From Octopus vulgaris (Eukaryota): a stretch of 64,000 nt of DNA. Below are positions 14,228 through 24,649 of this stretch, in pieces. The position numbers and the translations under genes are program-made. The stretch is from NCBI GenBank assembly GCA_951406725.2, contig OX597819.1, positions 116,560,001-116,624,000 on the forward strand. Reading direction: 5' to 3'. Below the pieces are notes generated by a model that did no database searches, had not been told where the DNA came from, and saw nothing but the letters and a program-made list of their open reading frames with translations. The stretch's first letter is position 1. The number at the start of each line of letters is the position of its first letter.

Positions 14228-15566
14228 AACTGATCTCGTGATGTCGCTGAATGAAAACTGTTTTTCCAGTCCACACTTTTTGCTGCAGTTGCAGGCGAGG
14301 TGGCCTTCTCGTTGAGACCGATGCCTTAACGACTTCCGCCGTTTCTCCTTGCAATGGAAGAGCGGAGGACACTTTCACCTTTCCCTGCTCTGGGACCGTA
14401 CCACGACCCCGGAGGCAGTCCTTCTTAATGTGGCCTGACTCCAGGCACGAGTGACACATGGGGGTGGGGGCGACCCTCAAGTATCACTGGATACCTTGAG
14501 CCATCCATTTTTAAAAAGTCAGGGAAAGTCATTTCACCCGCGGGCACTGGGGTCCATAGGGTCAAAGTGGCTTTTCACCCTCCCAGTCGACCGCAGGCTT
14601 TGTCTCTGTATTTAAAAGCCTGGGCCCGCTATCCCCCAGGCCACGCCGGATGGCATCTGCAATCCACCTCGCTTCGGTGCCCGAGGGAAGACCACATACC
14701 CAGGCCCTTATCACCTTCTTCCCACGATACGTGGGGAAGGAACAAAATCTCCTCCCCTTCCAGGGGCTGGCCTGCAACAGTGGAAGCCTTCTCAGGAGTG
14801 TCGAAAGTAGCCACACCGTGGCGTATTTGACACTCCTGTTTACGTAATAATTTTTGGATGGCAAGCATTTTGCCAGCCCTTTATTAATAATACCTTTGTC
14901 GAAGAGGGCGATGGCGTCACGACCTAGAATAGGTTCGTAGTACCACGTCCTTCTCTCAAGGCTTTCAATCCATTGCTTAGGTGGGACCACCTCCCATTCT
15001 AATGCACTTCTTGCATTTGTCATGTTAAAAGTCAATTCAAAAGAAGAAGAAAAGTCCAAATGAATTAACAAGTCCAAAAAGGAATAAATAAGTCAGTTAA
15101 AAAATAAGAATAAAAATAAAATTCAAAAGAAACGCAAAAACAGCACCAAAAAGAAAGAAAAAAACAGAAGGATAGAGAAAAGAAAAACAGTTCACACAGC
15201 AAACATCAATGGCCAACAGGTACTCCTGGCCAACTTCGTAGGTTCAATGGTAATCCAACAAGTTTCAATGGCAAAGTCCAGTAAGTTCGGGAGAGAATAC
15301 GCCCCCTTTATTTCCCAATACAACATAACAACAAACAGCAGCTGCCGGCAGCAGGCAGAATTGCCTCGGAGCTGGGTGAAATTTATCAACAAACAAACAA
15401 TTACTATTTGACGAATTACACCCAGCTCAAACGAAAACAAAACCACCTACCTCGACGAGCTTATGCTGCTTTTGTTCTTTTTTTTATTCAGTTCAATATT
15501 GGACGGAGCCAACACACTCACGTCCACCTCGGTTCACTGTAATAAGCAACACCAACGCGAACGTGC
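14228..15566 (-). mobile_element. 5' portion (5'UTR + ORF1, gag-like zinc knuckle) of an L1/Tx1-like LINE, 3' part lost
   Basis: GC-rich; ORF 15077-14562 followed by ORF 14480-14226 with CHSCLESGHIKKDC (CX2CX4HX4C); no ORF2 present. Confidence 0.6.
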
Positions 15567-16060
15567 GGGAAGCTAGCTACTTACCACAGAGCCACTCCTA
15601 GGGTTTATACATTTTGAGATTTTAGTTTTGTTGGTTTTAAATTTTTCATTTCAGTTTGCTAAATTACTCTATTTCCAGTCTTAAAAAACAACTTTACTTC
15701 TATGATGAACAAAAGTGAGCTGATGTTTTAGTGTCAGGTTTAAAAAGAATAAAATTATGAAAATCTAAGGAACTGTAGTAATTTGTATTTTATATTCATA
15801 TATTTTGTGATCATTTTATTGGGAATTTTTATATATATTTCTATATTTTCATTCTTAGAAAACGTCGCCTTTATGTTGAACAGGGGTGAGCAGGTTTGTT
15901 TCTATGACAATAGTTATATCAAAGACGCCAAAACTTTATATAAGAGATTATAAGCACAAATTTACCCATGCTGGAACCTCAACTTTATCATTTACACTTT
16001 GAATCATATACGACAACTTTTTTACCATAAATCAATTATGTAATTTTAAAGACATTTTAA

Positions 16061-16252
16061 GGCGCAGAAGTGGCTCTGTGGTAAGTAGCTTGCTAACCAG
16101 CCCCATAGTTTCGGGTTCATTCCCACTGCATGGATCCTTGGGCAAGCGTCTTCTACTATAGCCTCGGGCCGACTAAAGTCTTGTGAGTATATTTGGTAGA
16201 CGGAAACTGAAAGAATCCCGTCGTATATATGTATGTATATATACACACACAC

Positions 16253-16308
<56 letters not shown>

Positions 16309-16490
16309 TTGACAACCGATGGTGGTGTGTTTACGTTCCCGTAACTTAGCAGTTCGGCAAAAGAAACCGATAGAATAAGTACTAGGCATCCAAAGAATAA
16401 GTCCTGGGGTCTATTTGCTCGACTAAAAGGCGGTGCTCCAACACGACTGCAGTAAAATGACTGAAAGGTGTAAAAGAGTAACAGAGTAAA
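16061..16490 (+). mobile_element. tRNA-derived SINE family B with an internal (TA)/(TG) microsatellite
   Basis: Head GGCGCAGAAGTGGCTCTGTGGTAAG..GGTTCATTCCC, CORE-like CCTTGGGCAAG, and tail GGCGGTGCTCCA..TGACTGAAA; many paralogues in the window. Confidence 0.9.
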
Positions 16491-17502
16491 ATAAACTTTA
16501 CATATCATACAGGTTGAGAAGCATCTTTTCAACTGCGGTCGCGCGGTGTGAACCAATCAATATCATCATGGTAACAAAAGTAACTCTGTAAAATATAAGT
16601 TCCATAAAGACACCGTTATCACCGTCCTAACATCACTAGCTAATATGAAACGAAAAGCTAGAAGTGGTGGTTTTTGCTACAACGTGTATATCCGCAATAA
16701 AATTTGACATTTACTGAGCGCTTGGAGGATAAACAATTTTAGTATTATAATGTGTTTGTTTTTGTTCACAGTACAAAAAAAAAAAAAATATATATATATA
16801 TTAGTTATATGTAATATCTATATACGATACTGATGGACTTGCAAGAAATAAACCTTCAAAAGCACATGAAATTAAATCGTTAAATATGGCCGTTAAAAGT
16901 TAAAATTTGTTATGCGAACAAATCACCGTGACAAGAACTTACGGCAGGAATTATTAACAGCAAAGGCAATAATAATTGATATATTTTAACAATGTTCTAT
17001 GTTGGAGAATGTTAGTGTGCAGACGTACCTGAATGTAATGTCTTCCTGGTAATTTAACTATCTGTGTGCTACAGAGTACATTTATATTAGAATTTACAGG
17101 GACCTCTGTGGAGATATATCATAAGTCAGTATAACGCCAGTATGATTGGTATCCTAGGTTTCAATAGATATGCGCCTCATATACGTATGTTATTTATCTG
17201 ATTTACGATCCTTATTCAAGCGAAAATATTCTTCGTTTCACTCGTCAACATTTAATGCGGTGCCCTGAGGATAAGATCCGAAGGATTTAGCTGATTTCAC
17301 ACGATAAATATGTTATACAATCCAACTTTGCAATTACACTTATTGTCTTGAGATGGAACGATAAACAACTAAATAAATCATAACGGATTGTGGAGAGACT
17401 TGCATTATAAACGCAAGCACAAATTTAAACTGGCCTTCACAAAAAAGATATTCGTACATACATTTATAGATATGTGTATATAGATGCGTGTGTGCACGCA
17501 AG

Positions 17503-17750
17503 CCTGCATGCTTGGCCTAGCGGTAAGGGTGTTGCATTCATGATCGCTAGATCGTGGGTTCTATTCTAGGATTGGATGGTGCAATGAGTTATTAACCAAC
17601 ATACTACATTCCGCGTTGTTCTCCAGTCATTTCGATAACAGCTGACGTGTGGCACACTTGAACCCCTGTACAAGCAGTGTCGATTTGATGGAGGGAATGG
17701 GTTAATGCGCAGGACGCTACATTTGATCGCTCTACGTTGCTCATAAGTCG
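17503..17750 (+). mobile_element. Old tRNA-derived SINE (family E)
   Basis: TGGCCTAGCGGTAAGG A-box and GGTTCTATTC B-box; similar to the minus-strand copy at 42322-42546. Confidence 0.65.
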
Positions 17751-18372
17751 TTTATATATTCTATGTGTAAACTTTGTTTTTTAACTACTAATTCCTATCA
17801 TCAATTATGCAACGTTGCAATATTTGAAATGTTTATTTAATATAAATGCTAACTGATTAAGATTCAATGAAATGCTTTCCTAAATTGCTACAATACATTG
17901 CTAAACTACTGAGCGTTCAATTAAACATCCTTTTTTACGTCTAAATTGTAGCATAAATTGACTTAAAATCATCACTAAGCTGTTTGATAAATGATCTTCT
18001 GATCTGTGATTCAATGACGGATTAGCGTAGAGAACTTCAAACTGGAAGACATTGAGTGTTGCAACATATATAGTTTTTAAATGCTCTAGCAGCAAAAATA
18101 GAAATAAAGCATAGGCACCACTACGGGATAAGAAAATGTTAAACTTGATGCTTCTGCTCCATAATATCATATTAAATATAGTATTACAAAAATCATAACA
18201 AATTTCTATCAAATCAAATATTTCAAACTTGACAAGTTTTTGGTAAATTCCTGTAATAAGTTATTTCAGATTTCAAACATTTAACAGCTGAGAGAGAAAA
18301 AAAATCTTCATAAAACATAGAAACTTTTAAAAATAGAACTGAAGAAGGCGGTTTTCAATGCAATGAATTAGG

Positions 18373-18468
18373 GAAAAAATTATAAAATTATCTTTGTGAA
18401 AAATAGTAAAATTATTTTTGGTAAAAATAGTAAAATTATCTTGGGGAAAATACTGAATTTATCTTTGG
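18373..18468. repeat. ~24-bp minisatellite, 4 degenerate copies (GAAAAATAGTAAAATTATCTTTG)
   Basis: Directly visible tandem units. Confidence 0.7.
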
Positions 18469-19723
18469 AAAGCTACGCTAATAAACACAACATGCGAAAA
18501 CCAAGATTTTTATTTTTACAAAAATTATGACGTTATGATAATATGTGATATTTTTAAGATAACAATTTATCATTCACAATCATGGAATGTTAACCATTCC
18601 TTGAAAATTAAACATAATACCAGAAAAATAAAGTTACATCAATGATCAAAATCTTGAAAAATCATTTCGTTTTGCATTTGTAAGGATTATATTAATATAA
18701 TAATCCATTTAAGAACACGTGATGTATATTACATGTGGATGTAAAAGTAAAATATCGGAGATATAACTCTCGCTCGTTTCTATATAAATGATAGTAATTA
18801 TGTCTTGCAAAGAAAATACTAAATTTGTTTCCTATTTTATTCCTAACACATCACTAGATCATACAACAATCCACCCCTTCATTTTCATTTTCCAGGCCTA
18901 TTACATCACACCGAGCATACACAGCTGCCAAATAGCGATTACCTCTCACCTATATAAAAGTTGTACCTACGTAACTCTTAAATCTTTCACTTTCAGTAGA
19001 TATCCATTGTCCTCTATTGAAGCAAGTAATGGCTTACACTATCGTTAGAGAAAGAGAAAACTGCCTGTTTCTTAGATAAGTTGCATAAATTCCATTGACG
19101 CGAATAAAAACGTTAATGATTCATAGACTCTTTCCTCGACTGAGTCTGTGAGAGAAAAATTGATGTTGTTGCCACACATGAAGAAAATCATCATTCCTCA
19201 TGGTTATTGAGCTTAGGAATTTATATTCTTCTATAATTTTACTGACAAATACTGCAGTCTAAAATTTTGGTTATAACTCCCACAGTATTCCGTACACTTG
19301 CTAATCTTTACTTGTAACAATCTACACTCCTATACAAAATTCATCTCCATTCAATTGTCTTTAATCTTCATTCTGCCCACATGTAAATAGATAAATTATG
19401 CAGAACAAATGCTCACTTTACGAACGTCAGCTTTCAACACTGTCAACAGGCAAGTGACAGCGCAGTCAACGTTACGTACACCTTGTGGTTATTATAATTA
19501 TCAGGAAAACAGGAGATCATACATGTCCTACGGAGACGATTACTGAATATGAACTCGAGAAGGAATACACACGATCTCGTGTCGTATTCGTGCTGAGCTT
19601 TTTTTTTAAATTTTCGACTGGGTCAAAAATTTTTCACAAAATAGTGTGTGTGGGTTTTTTTGTGTGTGTGTGTGTGTATGTGTATGTGTGTGTGTGCATA
19701 TGCTTATTATTCTTAAACAAGTA

Positions 19724-19878
19724 GGCGCAGGCGTGGATGTGTAGTAAGATGCTTGCTTGCCCACCACATGGTCCCGAGTTCAGTTACACTGCGTGTCACA
19801 TTCGGCAGGTATCTGCTACTATAGCCTCACTCCGACCAAGCCAAATATTTGGTAGATGTAAACTGAAATAATCCCGTC

Positions 19879-19882
<4 letters not shown>
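19724..19882 (+). mobile_element. SINE family B 5' half, ending in (TA)n
   Basis: GGCGCAGGCGTGGATGTGTAGTAAG..AACTGAAATAATCCCGTCG matches family B. Confidence 0.8.
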
Positions 19883-19939
<57 letters not shown>

Positions 19940-19948
<9 letters not shown>

Positions 19949-20360
19949 TTAGAGACAAAACCACTATTAGGCAAATCATACAATGAAAAACTTAAGCCAA
20001 TACATAAGATTATTTAATTTATATTATTTAAATATATAACAAAATTATTAAAAAAATATAATCAATATATCACTACGATCGTTTCATGGCTGTTAATTTC
20101 TTTAAATTTTCGAGTTACAGTCATTCATCAGGTGGTTTAAACCTCGCCAAGATAAATATTTAAACCACCTGATGAATGACTGTAACTCGAAAATTTAAAG
20201 AAATTAACAGCCATGAAACGATCGTAGTGATATATTAATTATATTTTTTAAATGATTTTGTTATATATTTAAATAATATAAATTAAATAATCTTATGTAT
20301 TGGCTTAAGTTTTTCATTGTATGATTTGCCTAATAGTGGTTTTGTCTCTAATTTAATATA
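19940..20360. repeat. Long inverted repeat (202-bp arms, 17-nt spacer), probable inverted Penelope-like pLTR
   Basis: 19940-20141 is the reverse complement of 20159-20360 with 3 mismatches; each arm holds a hammerhead motif. Confidence 0.92.
20166..20229 (+). ncRNA. Minimal type I hammerhead ribozyme motif (mirror copy on the minus strand at 20071-20134)
   Basis: CAC-CTGATGA-ATGACTGT..ACAGCCAT-GAAAC-GATC-GTA-GTG: intact core, helix II, palindromic helix III (ACGATCGT), 3-bp helix I. Confidence 0.72.
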
Positions 20361-20556
20361 ATATAATATTTTACTATAAAATTGGATTCAATCCTAAATT
20401 TGATTTTTCCCTGTAAGTTTGCATTTATTCCCTAATGTTTATTATTATTATATATATATATGGCGGTGCCATATATATAAAATTATATATAAAATGGCGG
20501 TGCCCCAGCATGGCCACAACTCATAAGCTGAAACTTGAATCAATCAATCAATCAAT

Positions 20557-20639
<83 letters not shown>

Positions 20640-20680
20640 TATTTAAAAAAGGAGATGTGGAACATGAGTTGTGATATATA

Positions 20681-21001
20681 AAAAGGAAATGAAGAAAATG
20701 CTGACAAAATAATTTAAGTAATTTAAGTAATTTAATTAGATGAAAGTTCTTTTTACCGGTTGCGCATTTGTTATGCTTATCAAAAGATGTTTTTTTTAAG
20801 AGAGATAGAGTTACTTTCTGATAGATTTTTTCCTCTTATCAGATAAGAGGAAAAAATCTATCAGAAAGTAACTCTATCTCTCTTAAAAAAAACATCTTTT
20901 GATAAGCATAACAAATGCGCAACCGGTAAAAAGAACTTTCATCTAATTAAATTACTTAAATTACTTAAATTATTTTGTCAGCATTGTCTTCATTTCCTTT
21001 T
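20681..21001. repeat. Near-perfect palindrome (160-bp arms, 1-nt spacer) with a degenerate hammerhead motif
   Basis: 20681-20840 is the reverse complement of 20842-21001 with 1 mismatch; centre at 20841. Confidence 0.93.
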
Positions 21002-21059
21002 ATATATATATATATATATATTATTATTGTTTTGCAAAATAGTGGTTTTGTCTCTAATA

Positions 21060-21096
<37 letters not shown>

Positions 21097-21374
21097 CTTT
21101 ATGTATGTCTGTATGTATGTATGTATGTATGTATGTATGTATGTATGTATACACGTATGAATGTATTTCTGCATCTGTGTTCGGCCAGTTTAATCATCGT
21201 GAGACTATTTAAGAATGATAAATTTATACTCTACAAAAGTATGAAAAAGTAATCTAGACACAAGGCCCGAAATTTGGGGGGATGGGGCCAGTACATTAGA
21301 TCGATCCCAGTACACAACTGTTATTTAATTTATCGACCTTGAAAGGATGAATAGCAAAGTCGACCTATATCCGG

Positions 21375-21545
21375 ATATAGGACGTTGGTCCGGGCTTTTT
21401 GACGTTGGTCCAGGTTTTTTGAAAAATTTGTCCAGTGAAATTTTGAATTTTGTGGGATCCGTTTCCGTTTTGACGTAGTTTGGTATGGTGTTAAAGAGAG
21501 CTGAACCGGTTGAATCAATTGTCATGTAATGTTGCTAGGTGTCCT
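21375..21545 (-). pseudogene. CR1-like LINE ORF2 C-terminal fragment
   Basis: GSALFNTIPNYVK..DPTKFKISLDKFF resembles the typical LINE RT C-terminus; abuts a SINE A fragment at 21255-21367. Confidence 0.55.
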
Positions 21546-21554
21546 GAGCTTGAT

Positions 21555-22356
21555 TGTCTCCAACAATAATAACTCTTTGCTAGAGTGGGCCATGGGGCCC
21601 CATATATGACTAAAACACTTCGCCAAGTGGTGCTATTAAGTTAGACATGGCCTGGGCCTATACTAGCCGAAACCTATCTAAGTTATCTAAGTTATCAAAG
21701 TTAACATTCCTTCGCCTAATTAACACCTACTTATTTGAGTTTGTGTACATACGTTCGCGCACAAACACACACACAAACACACATATGTGGACACATACAC
21801 ACACGCATTTAACAAATATAAGAGAATGATGCTTACCGTATAGGAAATAGAATGCAAAATTTACCTTCATAATTTCTTCTTCGGGAACACTATTTCATAT
21901 ACACAGCTCTCTCTCCCTCTCTCTTACTCAATCTGCATCTGTCTGTCTGTCTATCCCTTCTCTCACTCTTTCATTACCTACCTGACTTTGTTAAATATAT
22001 TTGTTAAATGTTATTTCGTCTGCCGTTACGTTCCGAGTTCAAATTCCGCCGAGGTCGACTTTGCTTTTCATCCCTTCGGGGTCGATAAATTAGGTATCAG
22101 TTTCGCACTGGGGTTGATGTATGTGTGTGTGTGTGCGTGTGTGTGCGTGCGTTTGTGCGCGGACGTATGTACATAAAATCAAAAAGGTAGGTATGAGCTA
22201 GACGAAGGAATGTTAACTTTTTTAATAACTTCGATAGGTTTCGGCCAATATAGGCCTAGGCCATGTCTAACTTAATAGCACCACTTGGCGAAGTCTTTTG
22301 GTCATATATGAAGCACCATGGCCCACTCTAGCAAAGAGTTATTATTCTTGGAGACA
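21555..22356. repeat. Diverged inverted repeat (~220-bp arms) enclosing a microsatellite and a SINE A fragment
   Basis: TGTCTCCAACAATAATAACTCTTTGCTAGAGTGGGCCATGG.. (21555-~21775) is the reverse complement of ~22135-22356; the SINE A core lies at 22010-22118. Confidence 0.85.
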
Positions 22357-23393
22357 TATCCGTGTGTAGGACGTTGTGCATGTGTGTGACTGTGTAATGC
22401 ACTTATGTAGCGTGAATGTAACGCATGCACGATTGTCTAAGTCCATATATGTATGCATAATATGTATTCATATTTACATGCGACCATTCTACTGTTGTTC
22501 TTATATGTAGTACTATTGCTGTATATAGCAAATAGCGGGTATGCATAGCCAGTTTTGCTACTGTATCCTGAGCTGCATCGCTTCATTGAATATCAGATAT
22601 ACATCGGTAGTGACAGCCACCGTAAACAAAAGTATTTTGTCTGAAAAGAACAAGTGGAATATTAAATATGTTAAACTTAGTTCCATCTCGAAATGCGCAT
22701 TTATGTGTATGTTGGTATAAATGTGCGTCTGTTATTGTTTCTTTACGTGTGTATGTATGTGTATGTGTATGTGTGCGTGTGTTTGTGTGTGAGTGTGTAT
22801 TTCTGCGTGTGCGCATATCTGTAATTTTTTTTTCTAAACCTGTGTGTGTTTTAGATAAGTTCATCGTGAAAACCGTTCATGTGTGATTTAATACGATTAG
22901 AAAACAACACAGATTTAAGCAGCGAACTATCCTATAGAGACTGCTAGAGAAATAGACTTGTTAAGCAACAGACAAGCAGATAATAAAGCCCTCTCAATAG
23001 CATTCAATAAGGAAGAATGTACATATATTTACATTATATCCACGTACGTATATTGATAGGCAGTCCAACACACACACACGCTTAACCGTCTGAATACATA
23101 TCTTAAAACTCTCTCTTTATTTTCGCACACATTTTTTCTTGCAGTTTTATTATGGACGCGAACGGACATACACCCTCAAATGGAGTTTATAGCTGAAAAG
23201 GGAACGAGACAAATTAGAATAAATGCATAAAGATTATGGAGATCTTGATAAGAGAAAATTGAGAATTAGGAATTACTCCCAGTAGCAATCAAAATGCTAA
23301 TAACAGAGTATGTATAAATGTATTCAGTGACTGTACAAGTTGGTCAATGGTTCATAACATTCGTGTATTTATAGGAACCTATTTACAAAATTG

Positions 23394-23702
23394 TGGAGGC
23401 GCAATGGCCCAGTAATTAGGGCAGCGGAATCGCGGTTGTAGGATCGCGGTTTCGATTCCCAGACCGGGTGTTGTGAGTGTTTATTGAGCGAAAACACCTA
23501 AAGCTCCACGAGGCTCCGGCAGGTGGTGGTGGCGATCCCTGCTGTACTCTTTCGCCACAAATTTCTCTCACTCTTTCATCTGGTGGCCTGCTCGCTTAGC
23601 CAGCGGGGTGGCGTCATTTCAAGGCTAAAACAATGTGAAGCTCATTGTGACCAGCGATGTGTAGCAACATCTGATAGCCTGGTCGGTCACAGTGATCACG
23701 GT
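23394..23702 (+). mobile_element. tRNA-derived SINE family C
   Basis: GGCGCAATGGCCCAGT A-box and GGTTTCGATTCCC B-box; near-identical copy at 36588-36890. Confidence 0.88.
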
Positions 23703-24434
23703 TATTTACTAAATCAATGAGTATCAGAATTTAGACTTAATGAATTCGATTTCTTCAGAAATGCGGCAGGGATAACATATTAGACTATTTGGAAGGTAGT
23801 GGGTAGCGGTGTTCATCAAGGTACTGAGCAGTCGACGAGTAAGAACCCAACTTAGAACAGCTATTGAAATGAAAAAAAAAAAGAAAACTTTGAAATCCAC
23901 GACTTTGTAAACAATAGGCGATACAGCTGACTGTGAAAGGGAAAATAAATTAATATACCGTGTGAAGAAACAAATAGAAATTAGCAGTGCCTGCAAACAC
24001 CTCAAGATTAGTTTTAAACTCTACGATACGAGCAATTTATTGAGAACACATACCCCTGATTTCACAACCAATATTTCCTGTTTTTTATAAATAAATTGAT
24101 CTCACAGATTCATACTTTCTCACACGCCCGTTCGCACTCGCCCATAGACATTCACGCTTTTTTTTTCTTCCACTGACATGTATCAACGTCATACTGTCAC
24201 ACGGACTCCTGCATACACAACACGTCTACAATAAACAAATGTGGTTTAAGAATGAAATCAACTCAGAAATAGTTTTGTCTTTCCCAGACTGAAAACATAG
24301 ACGCTTCACGTCTGAATTGTATTGTCAAAAGAACTGTCAAACTGTTCAACAACCTATCGGAGAAGTAGATCACGTTTAAAATAATTCCCAAGCATTTTCA
24401 GAAACTCCAGCATGTATTTCCGCCTACTACAGTT

Positions 24435-24498
24435 GAACAACAAGAACAACAACAACAATAGCACCGACGCCACCGACGCTGCCACCACCACCACCACC

Positions 24499-24530
<32 letters not shown>

Positions 24531-24590
24531 CGACGACGACGACGACGACAACAGTAACATCAACAACAGAACCAGCAACAGGTACAACAA
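24435..24590. repeat. Compound (CAA)/(CAC)/(GAC) microsatellite
   Basis: Directly visible. Confidence 0.9.
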
Positions 24591-24649
24591 TACCTTAACC
24601 ATCAGCAATGGATACTCCTCAATATTACTTCAAATGGCAATCTGTTAAA

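Noticed and set aside
20144-20155. 12-mer TCGCCAAGATAA shared by the palindrome spacer and the end of the 51-kb element (50962-50973)
   Set aside because: It is short, in opposite orientation relative to the two ribozymes, and has no flanking similarity; it cannot be distinguished from chance.
23394-23470. tRNA-like sequences at SINE heads
   Set aside because: They have A/B boxes but continue into SINE bodies and lack a complete cloverleaf; they are not tRNA genes.
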